A stretch of DNA of 63,695 bases, the filler included, from Octopus bimaculoides (Eukaryota): the NCBI RefSeq assembly GCF_001194135.2. It is 6 parts of 5 records of this genome, joined end to end, with 100 filler letters (N's around TTAATTAATTAA, not from the genome) between each part and the next. Parts side by side here need not be neighbours in the genome. Positions count along the whole stretch, not along the records: positions 43,990 to 53,839 come from NC_069005.1; positions 53,940 to 55,975 come from NC_068987.1; positions 56,076 to 63,695 come from NC_069003.1; 3 more parts are not named here. The stretch is one strand, 5' to 3'. The translations under genes and the position numbers were made by a program. The notes under the pieces are model-generated. The model was not told the origin of the DNA. It made no database searches and saw only the letters and a list, made by a program, of their open reading frames with translations. Below, one piece after another: positions 50,126-63,695 of this stretch (positions are counted from its first letter, which is position 1; the number at the start of each line of letters is the position of its first letter).

Positions 50126-51481
50126 ATACACGACGCTATAGTAAAGCTTCACTGTATATATATATACTGGCAAAGAAGTTTGCGGGCGGCGAACATAAAC
50201 AATTTCATCTTACTTGTAGGAAGAACAGTAAATGACTGTACAACCCAGATGTGGATAATCTAGGACCTAGGTTTCGAACTTTCAAAATTACGTTTTTTAG
50301 CGTAAATTTGATTAGTTCTCTTCTGCTATGTATATATATATCTCAGGTCCTGGTAGAGTATAAAGGTAGGGTATTTCAAGAGAAGCACTGAACCCGAATT
50401 CTGAGCTATCAACACTGTTAGGTTCCAAACCAACGCCGAAAATTCTTCAAGTATAGAAAGTCCTGGTTTCCCGACGGTAACACCGTTCTGTGAGTTTGGC
50501 AAAGTATGTACCTATACACTAATATTGAACAGTGAAAACGAATGCTTAACACTGCATTGGTAGAAAAATATTCTTAATTTTTTTTTTTTGTTAATAAGGC
50601 TACCATTAGTTTCATGCAGAGAGAAATTTTTCGACAATTATCTAGCCAGTCACACGGGAAGATTGGCACTCGCCTCCAACAACATATACGTATAGGGAGT
50701 GGATGAGAGAGAAATAAGCTCAGTATAAATAACACAGAATAGTGGTCAAATGAATGTGAACTTATATTCCAACTACATATATATTCCTATATGTAATATC
50801 AGGCCTACTTGTGATACCAGGCTACAGTGCCCATAACCTGTATCATCAGGATCTATAGGATGTAACACCAGAACTTACAACCTGTAGCACCGATGCTTAT
50901 AACCTGTAAAACGAGGGCCTGTAGCACTAGGGACCAGAAGTCGGATTTAGCCGGTACCTCGGAGCCAAGCATAGGCCGAAGCCCTCCTCGAAAAGAACAC
51001 TTCACAACCTTGAACTTATGAGAAACCCACCGTTTCTCCCGGGACCCTAAATTATTCTTGTAATGTTTTGCTAAATTTCTCTCGAAATCCTAGTGTAGTA
51101 TTCGAATTTGTCCGTATTTTGGAATTTGTCCGTATTCTCAAGACCTCAAAGTTCTCCACAAGAGACAACACTCTGTCGCTCAAAATTGCTTCCACAACAT
51201 CGTTAAATTCTGGCCATCATTGCTCCCAGACTATATTCGATCCCTGGTCATCGTCGCTTCAACAACTTTTGTTGAGTCAACTTTATCGACTTCATTACTA
51301 GACGAGTAGTTATTTTATCGACCCTGAAAAAAAAACAAAAAAGAACAAAAAAAAAATCAGGACCGTGGCTCGTGTCGTGATTGGAACTCTCTGTAGCGTA
51401 AAGAGCCACTGCAAGCCATTTTGTTCGGCGCTCTAACAATTCAACTACGAGTTCTTACCCTCCCAGTTAATAATAAATACT

Positions 51482-51514
<33 letters not shown>

Positions 51515-51937
51515 ACGTGCACGCGTAGCTATGTACACACATATATGTATGTATATGTATATATATATATATANNNNNNNNNNNNNNNNNNNNNNNNNNN
51601 NNNNNNNNNNNNNNNNNNNNNNNNNNNNNNNNNNNNNNNNNNNNNNNNNNNNNCTGCAGAATTAAACAGACGAGAGAGGGCGGGATCTCCACCCACAATT
51701 TTCGGGTTTAGGACACCGGTGCGTTCGTAATACAGTTTCTCCACCGCACAGCAAGGTCAGAGGAGACGAAAAGGACCACGTTCCTCAGATTATAGACCAT
51801 CACATCGATTGCAGCAGCAACAACAATGTCGAAAGCGACCAAAGGTTCTGGAGGATGGATGCGAACTGTAGACCTTTGAACTGGTGGGTTGATGCTTCAA
51901 TATTTTACTCCTAACTACGTCTGTCTGTCTCTATCAG

Positions 51938-51979
<42 letters not shown>

Positions 51980-52057
51980 CGTTTTTACGTGTTTATGTAT
52001 GTATGCGTGCATGTATGTATCTATCTATCTGTTGTCTGTCTATCTCTCTCTCTCCTC

Positions 52058-52138
<81 letters not shown>

Positions 52139-52565
52139 ACATGGCTACTTGACTCGCCGTCCATCCATTCTTCCTCCAGTCAATCTATCTTTCTATCTCC
52201 TCCCCCCCCCTCTCTCCTCTCTTTTTCTCTCTCTTTCTTTCTCCCACCCCCTCTCTCCCCACACCTCCCGTACCAATCACTTACCGGAATCGTCCTCACG
52301 GCTATCTATATCTTTCTCGTTCACATGTGATTTTTAACTATCGATTTTTGCTATTATCTATTGCTACGAGTCGTCAACACAAAAGTTGCTGTTCCGGCGT
52401 CTGTTCAGTCAATGTTCTTACACATTCCTCTAATACAACTTCGTCTTCCGGTGTCTCTTAAATATACGTAGCTATTTATATAAGCTACCTTCGTGTTCCG
52501 GTCTCTCTTAACGTGTACGTGGTTATATATTTATGTAATACAACTAATAAGAAATTCATTTACCC

Positions 52566-52629
<64 letters not shown>

Positions 52630-52814
52630 GTCTACTTACACACACTTATATATTATACATATATGCATACATACATATATACAAGAAATCATATATACAT
52701 ACATACATTATCATTTAAGTATATATGAGCATGACAGTTTCTTCTGCTATTGCCTTGGGCCGACCAATGCCTTGCGAATGGATTTGTTAGACGGAAACTA
52801 AAAAGACCCGTTAT

Positions 52815-53013
52815 CGCCATGATAGATCACTGACCACTACATTTACATTTTTTCTCCTTGTTTCTCTCCTTGTTTCTTTCCGTGTTACTTTCAGTTGAAG
52901 AGCGTAGGCTCGAAACATCAAAGACTTTCTCTATTCCCGAGCGTTAAACTAATACATCCATTTGTTGTTTACACCACCTGTCTTCGTCTGTTGTTTTTTT
53001 CGTAAATTCTCCC
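52815..53013 (+). mobile_element. ~200-bp non-autonomous element carrying a degenerate hammerhead-like motif (52886-52925)
   Basis: Homologous end to end with 54172-54374 (reverse complement): gccatgatagatc-x-ctgaccac ... tcgtaaattctccc(TA)n. Confidence 0.8.
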
Positions 53014-53096
53014 ATATATATATATATATATATTTTAAAGGCGGTGCTCCAGCATGGCCGCAGTCAAATGACTGAAACAAGTAAAAGAGTAAAAGA

Positions 53097-53690
53097 GGGT
53101 GGGTGCAAAGTAAGTAGGCATTACTTACACTGGGTGGGTGAAAAGTAAGTAGGCATTAAAAATTGTTAATAAAATCCATATTCCTTTTACAAATTTATTG
53201 AAACAAATGATACATGTTCTTTATCACATGAGAAAATGAAAGTAAATCTTCATATTTCAACGCAAGCACCGGTGGCGTCAACCAGTTTCCTGAAATGGCC
53301 AAGGATCGAATGAACAAGCTTCTGAAGGACGTTGTCTGGCATGCCATTGAGAACCTCCTGAATCAATGTTTCCAAGTTTTCCAGTGGGCGAGGTTTTGTC
53401 TTGTACACCTCCTCTTTTGTGTAACCCCACAGGTAAAAATCACATAGAGTGATATCTGGACTTCTTGGAGTTCTGGAGTTCTGGACTTCTGCGGTCAGCG
53501 TCTTCAAGTTTTAGCTTCTGCACGTAATGGGGTTTCCACGGACGAAAATTCATTTCTTTATGCAGCACCGTACGTATTGTGTATCTTGTTAGTCAACTTT
53601 CAGGAGATGCTTGACTTGTTGATTTTTGCGGGTTGCACTGTTACCACATCCTCCGCTGACCGGGATGTAGTTGGACGGCCACTTCTACCA
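53097..53690 (-). mobile_element. Internally deleted Tc1/mariner-superfamily element with a duplicated terminal motif (GGGTGGGTG-x-AAAGTAAGTAGGCATT twice)
   Basis: RSGRPTTSRS (HTH region) and RPWKPHYVQKL are fused directly to RSPDITLCDFYLWGY...; the first catalytic aspartates are missing. Confidence 0.8.
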
Positions 53691-54171
53691 CTTCTACCAC
53701 TTCTACCACCGCCACTTCTATCATCATCAACACCACAAGCATCACTGGCTCCGCTGCCATTACCCTCATCAGTAACAACACCAACGCCCAAACCACCGCC
53801 GCCGCCGCCGCATACGCCGCCGCATACGCCGCCGCATACNNNNNNNNNNNNNNNNNNNNNNNNNNNNNNNNNNNNNNNNNNNNTTAATTAATTAANNNNN
53901 NNNNNNNNNNNNNNNNNNNNNNNNNNNNNNNNNNNNNNNATATATCACGGCGGGCTTCTTTCAGTTTCCGTCTACCAAATCCACTCACAAGGCTTTGGTC
54001 GGCCCGAGGTTATAGCAGAAGACACTTGCCCAAGGTGCCACGCAGTGGGACTGAACCTAGAACCATGTGGTTGGTAACCAAGCTACTTATCACACAGCCA
54101 CTCATATATATATGTATATATACATCTGTGTGTTTGTGTGTGTGCGTGTATGTATGTATATATACATATAT

Positions 54172-54374
54172 GGGAGAATTTACGAAAAAAAAACAACAAC
54201 AGACGAGGCCAGGTGGTGTAAACAACAAAAGGATGTATTAGTTTGACGCTCGGGAATAGAGAAAGTCTTTAACGTTTCGAGCTACGCTCTTCAACAGAAA
54301 GAATAAGGAGAAAACAAGGAGAAAAACACAGAGAAAAAAATTGAATGTTGTGGTCAGCGATCTATCATGGCGAC
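54172..54374 (-). mobile_element. ~200-bp non-autonomous element carrying a minimal hammerhead motif (54266-54302)
   Basis: Minus strand reads TCTTT-CTGTTGA-A-GAGC-GTA-GCTC-GAAAC-GTT-AAAGA. Confidence 0.8.
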
Positions 54375-55418
54375 ATATAAATGATTTGATCTAAATATTT
54401 GGTTTGCACATTTTAACGAGCTGTATCTCTTAATGCTGATTATGTATATAATCTATATCTCTGATATTCTGTCTTCGATTTCTTTCCATAGGGATAGCGT
54501 TTCAACAGCTTTTGAGGAGTTGATGTTTAAGAAAACAACGTTTGGCAGACGGCAGTTTCTTGTACTATAACGCATACTTTAAATCATTCAGCAATATATA
54601 CTTTCCCATCAATTGCTTATTGCTATTTCGGACAACCATCATTATCTTACGCACCACCATTATTACAGCATGAAACCATTATTACACAGCATCAAATATA
54701 CACATACATACATAGCCACATATGTAAGTGTACCTCAGAGAGAATGTGTGACTATACGATTTTATGTGCATTGGCGTTCTTTTTCTCAGCTGTCTATGAA
54801 CGCTACCACTTCTCTACGCTAACACACACAATATAACTGAACTCATAATGGGCTCTTTTTCTCTTCTTTTGCACTCCTTCTCTCTCTCTTTCTCTCTCTC
54901 TCTTTATCTTTGTCTCTTTTCTCTTTTTCCATCACTACCACCATTAATGTCATCGCAGCGAATGCATCGACGACTCATAACTTGAATTACTTCATTTAGC
55001 ATGGTGGATTCCCTTACCACATCAATATTATGATAGACGGTGGAAGGCAACCCATGACCGAATAAGACCACTTCCTAAATTCGGTAAATCGGTGCAAAAA
55101 TCCGGAGAGATCTATAAATTCCTGTGTTTGAATTTGTTTTGAGTGGATAAAGTGTTGCACAGCACTGAACTCACGTTTCAGAGCAATCAGCAATAAAAAC
55201 AGAGACACAACAAAGGTTGAGGCAATCAGAAACCAACTGCACTTCAAGTTTTACTCATACGAGTTTACCTTTACCCAGAAGGAAGTCCTAAGGAAAACTG
55301 CGAGTTCTTGACGCCCATTGGCACATATACGACTTAACGAGTAGCCTGAAACGCAACAGATGCTACTACTCCAAGTAATAGCAAATCTGGGAACAATAGT
55401 GGCTAAGGGGTGATAGAC

Positions 55419-55483
<65 letters not shown>

Positions 55484-55595
55484 TGTGTATGTAAGTATAT
55501 ATATGTATATACATATGTATATGTATATGTGTATGTATATATGTTTATATATATGTGTATATGTACATACATACATACTTACACATATACATGCA

Positions 55596-55819
55596 TAGTG
55601 GCCCAAAATTAGGTTTACAGATATCACATAGGCACTTTCAATTTCTTTAAAAACATTTAGATTTCTATCTTACAAACTGAAAAGGGAGCTTCACAAAATT
55701 AACTTAATTAGCATAGAGTAATGATTTCATATTTTGTTTATAATTAAGAACTAAACTGTTAATATATGAATGCGAAAGAGATAGTTGAATAATTGTAAAC
55801 CTAATTTTGGGCCACCCTA
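55596..55819. mobile_element. Tc1/mariner-type MITE with 22-bp perfect TIRs
   Basis: GTGGCCCAAAATTAGGTTTACA (55598-55619) and its exact reverse complement (55794-55815), with TA-rich flanks. Confidence 0.85.
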
Positions 55820-56128
55820 TATGCTTATATACTTCTATATTCATGCAAACACTTCAGATATTCATAAGAGTACATATACATAAGTTTAAGATTACATATA
55901 TGCTTCTACATCTCTATCTTTCTCTCTTTTATATTTATATATACGTATATATATACGTCTATATATACATGTGTANNNNNNNNNNNNNNNNNNNNNNNNN
56001 NNNNNNNNNNNNNNNNNNNTTAATTAATTAANNNNNNNNNNNNNNNNNNNNNNNNNNNNNNNNNNNNNNNNNNNNTATATTCGACTCATCTCCCTACTCT
56101 GAAATTGCTTGTATTGTACCAAAATTTG

Positions 56129-56235
<107 letters not shown>

Positions 56236-56451
56236 GAAGGCAGCGAACTGGCAGAATTGTTAGCACGCTGGACAAAATGCTTGGTGGTATTTCGTCCGTC
56301 TTAACGTTCTGAGTTCAAATTTCGTCGAGGTTGACTTTGCCATTCATCCTTTTGGGGATCGATGAAATAAGTACCAGTTGAAGACTGGGGTCGATGTGAT
56401 CGACTCATCCCCTCCACCTTGTGCCAAAATTTGAAACCATTATTATTGTCA

Positions 56452-56772
56452 TTGTGTGAGAGAGCAGCGCATGCCATCAAAGTGACACTGGGGTACAAAT
56501 ATACGAAGTCCAATATACCTATCATTACAACCTGTCTGATAAAGATACACCAAACACATGCATCACAACAATATGTACGCGACATGGTGATCTTATATGA
56601 AGATAAATAGCGCATGACCTTGCAGGTAAGCGCCCAGTTAGAATTTTCTTCAGGTTAAGTAGCCCATCTCGTTCAAAAGGTCCCTGAATAAGGTTTGTTT
56701 AAGGATGATGAACAAAACACCCATGTTTCCAGAGGTGAATTATTCAAACTCCAAAGAACTCCCCTCAAACCA
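56452..56772 (-). mobile_element. SINE-like family D; second partial copy at 58481-58588
   Basis: Both copies share gagagagcag-x-gcatgccatcaaagtgac-x-ctggggtacaaatata next to (ATT)n. The orientation is inferred from the tail. Confidence 0.65.
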
Positions 56773-58410
56773 TTGCTAATTATTATTATCAATAATATTA
56801 ATATGCCAATTTGTTTTTGTATGTACCTGATGCGCGTGTCACGCTTAAAAGGAAGAAAGTGTTGTAAGAAATTTTGTTGCTTAAATAAATATTTTTAAAT
56901 AGATCTCTTGTAATTTCTGGAAGAGATTTGAAACTACCACTTCGCAATGCCCNNNNNNNNNNNNNNNNNNNNNNNNNNNNNNNNNNNNNNNNNNNNNNNN
57001 NNNNNNNNNNNNNNNNNNNNNNNNNNNNNNNNNNNNNNNNNNNNNNNNNNNNNNNNNNNNNNNNNNNNNNNNNNNNNNNNNNNNNNNNNNNNNNNNNNNN
57101 NNNNNNNNNNNNNNNNNNNNNNNNNNNNNNNNNNNNNNNNNNNNNNNNNNNNNNNNNNNNNNNNNNNNNNNNNNNNNNNNNNNNNNNNNNNNNNNNNNNN
57201 NNNNNNNNNNNNNNNNNNNNNNNNNNNNNNNNNNNNNNNNNNNNNNNNNNNNNNNNNNNNNNNNNNNNNNNNNNNNNNNNNNNNNNNNNNNNNNNNNNNN
57301 NNNNNNNNNNNNNNNNNNNNNNNNNNNNNNNNNNNNNNNNNNNNNNNNNNNNNNNNNNNNNNNNNNNNNNNNNNNNNNNNNNNNNNNNNNNNNNNNNNNN
57401 NNNNNNNNNNNNNNNNNNNNNNNNNNNNNNNNNNNNNNNNNNNNNNNNNNNNNNNNNNNNNNNNNNNNNNNNNNNNNNNNNNNNNNNNNNNNNNNNNNNN
57501 NNNNNNNNNNNNNNNNNNNNNNNNNNNNNNNNNNNNNNNNNNNNNNNNNNNNNNNNNNNNNNNNNNNNNNNTTTCCCTTTCTTTAATACTAACACGAGCA
57601 TAGTATGAGAGAGATTTGACTGTTATTTCTAGGAAATTGAACCATACAGAGTTGTTCAATTGGCTCATTTGTTGATGTGAAAAGTAAGCAAAAACTAAAA
57701 GACGCGCGCGCGCACATACACGCACACACACACACACGCAAACATATATATATGAATGTGTCTGTGTTTGTACCCCCACCACCATTGCTTGACAACCGAT
57801 GGTGGTGTGTTTGCGCCCCTGTAACCTAGCTGTTCAGCAGAAGAGAGTGATAGAATAAACACCAGACTTACAGGGAATAAGTCCAGGGGTCAATTTTTTC
57901 GACTAAAGGGCGGTGCTCCAACATGGCCACCGTCAAATGATTGAAACGAGTGAATACGAGAAAAACGTTCCATACCGCTAAACCAAGAGGGTTCTCTGAA
58001 TACGTACGACGTGATTTAAGGCTAAATAGTAATTCTGTTTATGTTTGCGTAACTGAGATATTTTGGTTGGATTATATACTTATCGGTTTTATCCTTCTTT
58101 CTGTAACTGTCGCAATATACTTTTCTACTATAGGCACAAGTCCTGAAATTTTTGCGGATTAAGATTGATCCCAGTACGCAACTGGTACTTAATTTATCGA
58201 CCCCAAAAAGATGAAAGACAAAGTCGACCTTGGCAGAATTTGAACTCAGAACGTAAAGACCGCTAAGCATTTCGCCCGGTATGCTAACGATTCTGCCAGC
58301 TTGCTACCTTTAACTGTCAAAATATAGAAACATTTCTCATTGCACCAGCACACAGTTTACAGATGCTTACATTTTTTATATTTTCCATGAATTTTTCACG
58401 GATTCAGCTA

Positions 58411-58469
<59 letters not shown>

Positions 58470-61249
58470 CATTATTATTATTGAGTGAGAGAGCAGTGCA
58501 TGCCATCAAAGTGACGCTGGGGTACAAATATATGAAGTCCAATATACCCATCACTACTACCTGTACACAAGGCACATGCATCACAACTTTGCCTTTTGTC
58601 CTTTCGAGAAGATAAAATAAGTAACACTTAAGTTCTGGGATCGATGAAATCAACTAGCTACTTCCTCTAAAATTCCAGGCCTTGTGCCTATAGTTGAAAG
58701 ACCTATTATCATTATATCACGTTGAAAAAATCAGTTCTCATCCCATCACCTCTGTAAAGTATTCAGACGGAAAAACCCAGATGCTGTTTCTATATAATAC
58801 CTTGTTTCAATTATTGTGTATATTAATAATATTTTAACTATTCTAAGCAATTATGTATTTGTTGCTATAATAAATTTTAAGATTTTACTCCTCGCCTTTG
58901 CATAACATGTGTGCCCTACAACACACTTTTTTTGTGAGCCCCGTAATTTTAACCTTTGATATTTTATATGCATGAATGATGAGCAGTGCTTTGATTACAA
59001 CTAATGACCCACCAGTGGGAAGTTGTTGTAGTTCTAAATCGAAACATCGAATGATCGTTGGACACGGTCTGTTTGCATCAATTCCTTCTAGTCAATGTTA
59101 CATTCACCTAAAATAAATAAAGAGGAGGCCTCTCCTTTCAAGTGTAACTGATCTCATAAAAGAAACTGAGCGCAACTGTCCCCAGTGGCTAAATAAATAA
59201 TTGATCGGTAGAATCATCTGTGCATCGGATAAAATGCTTAGTGGTATTTATTTCGTCTCATGTTTTTGAGTTCAAATCCCACTGAGGTCAACTTTGTCTT
59301 TCATGCTTTCATCCTTCCGCAGTTTATAAAATTAAGTATCAGACAAATACTGTGGTAGATATAAGCGATTGTTCCTCTCATCTAGATATCTGGCTTTGTG
59401 TTTATAGCGGAATTTTCAGAGCAGCAGATTGGCAGACTCGTTAGCGAGCTGGAGAAAAATAGCTTGCAGTATTTGTTCTGGTTCTTTACGTTCTGAGTTC
59501 AAATCCCGTCTAGAATTTACCTTTCTCTCTTCAGAAGAAAAGTAGCCATCAAGGGTTGTTTTCCTTTGTTTTTTTTTAATAATATTTCTTAAACAAAAGC
59601 ATAATTTCTTAGAGTGTCCGCCTTTGTTTCATGGTTAAAATGTTTGGGGTATTCTCACGAGAACCAGAAAGGAAATGGAAAATGCGTGCTTGAAACAACT
59701 GTTTTTGCACGTATTGCTCGCACGAGTTCATTTTAGAAAAATACACGTAAAGATAAACGTTTTCTGGATAACTTCTGTATATCTCAAAATATCTTCAAAC
59801 AACAGATAAATAAAGAGAAAACAGGCTCGGCTTACCAACTGAATAATAAGAAACGTGAAACTTGGAGTACTGGAAATTATAAACTTTTAAGTTATAATTT
59901 GATTANNNNNNNNNNNNNNNNNNNNNNNNNNNNNNNNNNNNNNNNNNNNNNNNNNNNNNNNNNNNNNNNNNNNNNNNNNNNNNNNNNNNNNNNNNNNNNN
60001 NNNNNNNNNNNNNNNNNNNNNNNNNNNNNNNNNNNNNNNNNNNNNNNNNNNNNNNNNNNNNNNNNNNNNNNNNNNNNNNNNNNNNNNNNNNNNNNNNNNN
60101 NNNNNNNNNNNNNNNNNNNNNNNNNNNNNNNNNNNNNNNNNNNNNNNNNNNNNNNNNNNNNNNNNNNNNNNNNNNNNNNNNNNNNNNNNNNNNNNNNNNN
60201 NNNNNNNNNNNNNNNNNNNNNNNNNNNNNNNNNNNNNNNNNNNNNNNNNNNNNNNNNNNNNNNNNNNNNNNNNNNNNNNNNNNNNNNNNNNNNNNNNNNN
60301 NNNNNNNNNNNNNNNNNNNNATATATATATATATATATATATAATCACACACATACATACACTCACACACAATACATACACACATACATATATGTACATA
60401 TTCATACACACACACACACATCTTTCTAAAGTAGAAGTCTTACATTATTAGTATGTTGAAGTAGTTAACCGTTTGGGCGCAAACACAACTATGTATGTGT
60501 ATAAATATGCAACTGATCTAAGGGGAGTACTTCTTAATTATGATGTATTGGCACTGTCCAATACGGACTTACAGTTAAAACTAGATGCGTACTCCTCCCA
60601 TATGCATACTAATGCAATTATTCATTTTTCACACTGGATCTTAATGCTGTATAGATATTGTAACCATACTGATTCTATTGATTGAGCTATCGTATTGATT
60701 TACTTGCTGTTGGTCTAATACAGATTGGTTTCTTTTCAGTACAGCTATTTCGATACTCGTCGAACCGTTCCCTCCAAGCTGTTTCCCCTATACAAGATTC
60801 AATGAAGTTTGCAACAATTCGTCTCTGAATTCTCTGAACAATTATTCTCTGAACCTTTTACAGTAAACTATATTTCTTAATAGCAATTAATATGTAGGCT
60901 TGTAGCACATCTTTGCATTTTTTCCTACAGGTGCGCGAATCAAAGGTGAAAGAATTTACAAATTATAGATATATATATCTGTTTGATATTTTCTCTCCAC
61001 GATTTTTTAATATTAAGATTAGTATAAGGCCGCAAGCTGGCAGAATCTTTAGCACTCTGGGAAAAATTCTTAGCTGCATTTCGTCCTTCTTGATGTTCTG
61101 AGTTCAAATTCTGCAGAGGTCGACTTTGCCTTTCATCTTTATGGAGTCGATAAAATAAGTACCAGTTGAGTACTGGGGCCGATGTAATCGACTTATCTCC
61201 TCTCCCGAAATTGTTGGCCTTGTGCCAAAATTTAGAATCAATATTAAGA

Positions 61250-61790
61250 TTAATTTTTTTTTCAAGGATTTTCTTAAATCTGTTATCTATTTTCCTATTG
61301 GGAGTGGCATCTACTAATATTATACCATCAACTGTTTTGTTATCATGACACATAAAGGCCTCAGCTTTTTTCATTTTTCTCACGTTAAATCTGTTCCCAA
61401 AACGTGTTATCATTTACAGGGCATATTCCATCTGCATCATTATTTTTTCTAGAATATTTTCAAACCTTTTGTCGGCTCCCTTTTACACCCTGACCCTACC
61501 CTTTTGTGTGTAGCCAGAAAACTGCACATAAAAGATAAAACATTGAAACTGCTTCCGCTCTTCATAAGTGTAGCACAGTTGTTACGCATTCTACATTAGT
61601 CCTTGAGGTTCGCTATTACAATCTTCAGTTTGGTAGTTTCCGGTATAACAGTCTTTCTTCACCAGTGGATTTGCCATGCTTTTTCAGTTATAACAGCAGA
61701 ATTTGCAAGGTCTAGTTGCTCCGTTGGCGATAATGCTTTCTACCTGTAATTTGGGGTCCGATATGGGGGTAATCTACTGCAGGGGTGTCT
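61250..61790 (-). mobile_element. Highly degraded Penelope-like C-terminal fragment of a different PLE lineage
   Basis: ...RKMKKA...DGIILVDATPNRKIDNRFKKILEK resembles the PLE motif (S/G)V-x-FV-x-ATP; upstream frameshifted remnants IANG...ANSAVI and MRNNC. Confidence 0.45.
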
Positions 61791-62357
61791 AGAATCTGAG
61801 GACAGACATCTTTTGATGCAACCAGTTTGGGACGTGTACTGTCGCTTCAGTAATAATTTGCATACAGGTGTATGTATGCATGTATGTATGTATTTGTCTG
61901 TGCGCATGTTATATATGTGTGTGTGTGTGCGTGTGTCTAATATATATACACGCATATATATATATATATATAAAATTTGATTTATAATTGGCAGAAGTTA
62001 CAAAGTGATTTAAGGGTGAAGAGTTTTGTCCATACCCCTTATCATACCGTTTCCAAGTTTGGTAGTCGGTTTTAAGCCAATTAGACAAATTTGTTCGAAT
62101 TGGGCTCCGCGCCAAGACAAAGCCACGTGCACACGCTCGAGCGAAGGACGCTATGATGAATTTTTAGTATATTATTGTAGATAATGGTGGAACTTTAAGC
62201 CCTCAACGCTTTTTGACTGGGACTGACGTATTATACAAAACATGAAAATATCAATCTTCCGATTTTGTAGTGTACAGGGCTCCACAGACAATTCTCTAAT
62301 TGGGTCCCGCACTACCTAGAACTAGCCTTGCTCTCAACTACCAAACTCACACGCGCG

Positions 62358-62406
<49 letters not shown>

Positions 62407-63527
62407 GTGTGTGTGTGTGTGGTGTAGAAAAAAATAAGATGCTTAAGAGCACAAAATGTGATTGTGGAGAGGGATATAGCTAAACCCGTTGATAGCAGAG
62501 ACATAACATCCATATTATGGTTTCATAGAAGCATCTGCTCTCTCTCTCTCTTTCCCTCTTTTTCTTTTCCACTCTATTTCTGAATCTCTGTGTGTGCGAG
62601 CGCGCGCACGTAAATGTGTGTGTGTGTATGTTCGTATGTGTGCGTGTGCGTGTGGATGAATCTTCGCTGGCATACTCGATGATATCTTAATCGTTCAATC
62701 AATAAAATCATCTACTCATTCATTGGTAAGTGGCTGTGTATACCACAAATGTGTGTGACAAGGCTGAACTTTCTCAATTATTGTTAGAATCCACCTGACA
62801 GACTTCCGTACAGCTTCCGTCAAACTAATTTCATTCATATGGTTTAGATCCAGTTGAGGCGATGGCAAAAACCTTGCCCAAGATTCCGCGTATAGGGATC
62901 GAACTTGCAGCCGTGCGGTTGCGAAGTGAATTTGTTGGCCATTCAACCATTCTGTGTGTGTGTCTCCCTCTGAATTTACATTCATACATACAGATATATG
63001 TACAGAGATGTGTGTGTGGGGGTATACTCATATATCATATATATATACATATATATANNNNNNNNNNNNNNNNNNNNNNNNNNNNNNNNNNNNNNNNNNN
63101 NNNNNNNNNNNNNNNNNNNNNNNNNNNNNNNNNNNNNNNNNNNNNNNNNNNNNNNNNNNNATATATATATATATATATATACACACACATATTTTGGCGC
63201 TAAATTCGAAATCCTGATACCAGCCTTAACTGGCATTCCTTCTTGTTTTTTTTGCAAAGGTAAGACATGATCCTTATTCACATATATATTTTTTTTTTTT
63301 TGCAACCATGCCTGTAAAAATTTAGTGTTAATTCTTGTGGCTTCGGAGTGTTTATGGTCCTTACTTTTAGCTAAGCTGGTGCTTCTTAGTGCTCTCATTT
63401 TATATACATTTTTATATTTATTAATTTTGCCTATACAGTTTTATGCTTGCAGCCATTAATATTATTATTGTTTATGAATAATAATATTCTCTCTCCCTCT
63501 CTCTCCTCTCTCTTTCTCTCTCTGTAT

Positions 63528-63569
<42 letters not shown>

Positions 63570-63695
63570 GAACATATAGATGTATATATATATATATATA
63601 CATACGTTTGTGTATGTATATATATATATATATGTTGCATGTATGTTTGTATGTATATATAGGAAAGGATGAGTGTGCGTGTATCTGTATATATA

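Noticed and set aside
50792-51159. Possible solo LTR (TGTAA... to ...CCACA with internal short repeats)
   Set aside because: No matching target-site duplication, polyadenylation signal, PBS or PPT could be found.

Overview
AT-rich, microsatellite- and SINE-saturated eukaryotic DNA with many N gaps. It is almost certainly an octopod cephalopod, inferred from the repeat families and not verified. Only two host genes are supported, both in the left 10.3 kb and head-to-head. (1) The 5' end of an LRRC9-like ciliary leucine-rich-repeat gene on the minus strand. It has four in-frame coding exons with canonical GT-AG sites (7619-7663, 6232-6450, 3682-3822, 627-690) and continues off the left edge. 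(2) An intact, intronless, strongly diverged tubulin-folding cofactor A (TBCA)-like ORF on the plus strand (9889-10224). Between them, at 9357-9418, lie two RFX X-box motifs and two oppositely oriented CCAAT boxes, suggesting a shared bidirectional ciliary promoter. The remaining ~53 kb has no recognisable host gene. It holds at least four Penelope-like element (PLE) fragments, one with an inverted 3' module, and two R4/Dong-clade RLE LINE fragments. It also holds an RTE 3' end, mariner, maT (DD37D) and other Tc1/mariner-superfamily relics, piggyBac- and Tc1-type MITEs, and at least four tRNA-SINE families. Several minimal type-I hammerhead ribozyme motifs are visible: one canonical, and two within a ~200-bp non-autonomous element with an unusual CUGUUGA core. 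Most ORFs in the supplied track are microsatellite or N-gap artefacts. Five 100-bp N44-TTAATTAATTAA-N44 blocks are scaffolding spacers, so contiguity beyond 22.9 kb depends on the assembler. All alignments were done by eye against remembered family motifs; no database search was run.
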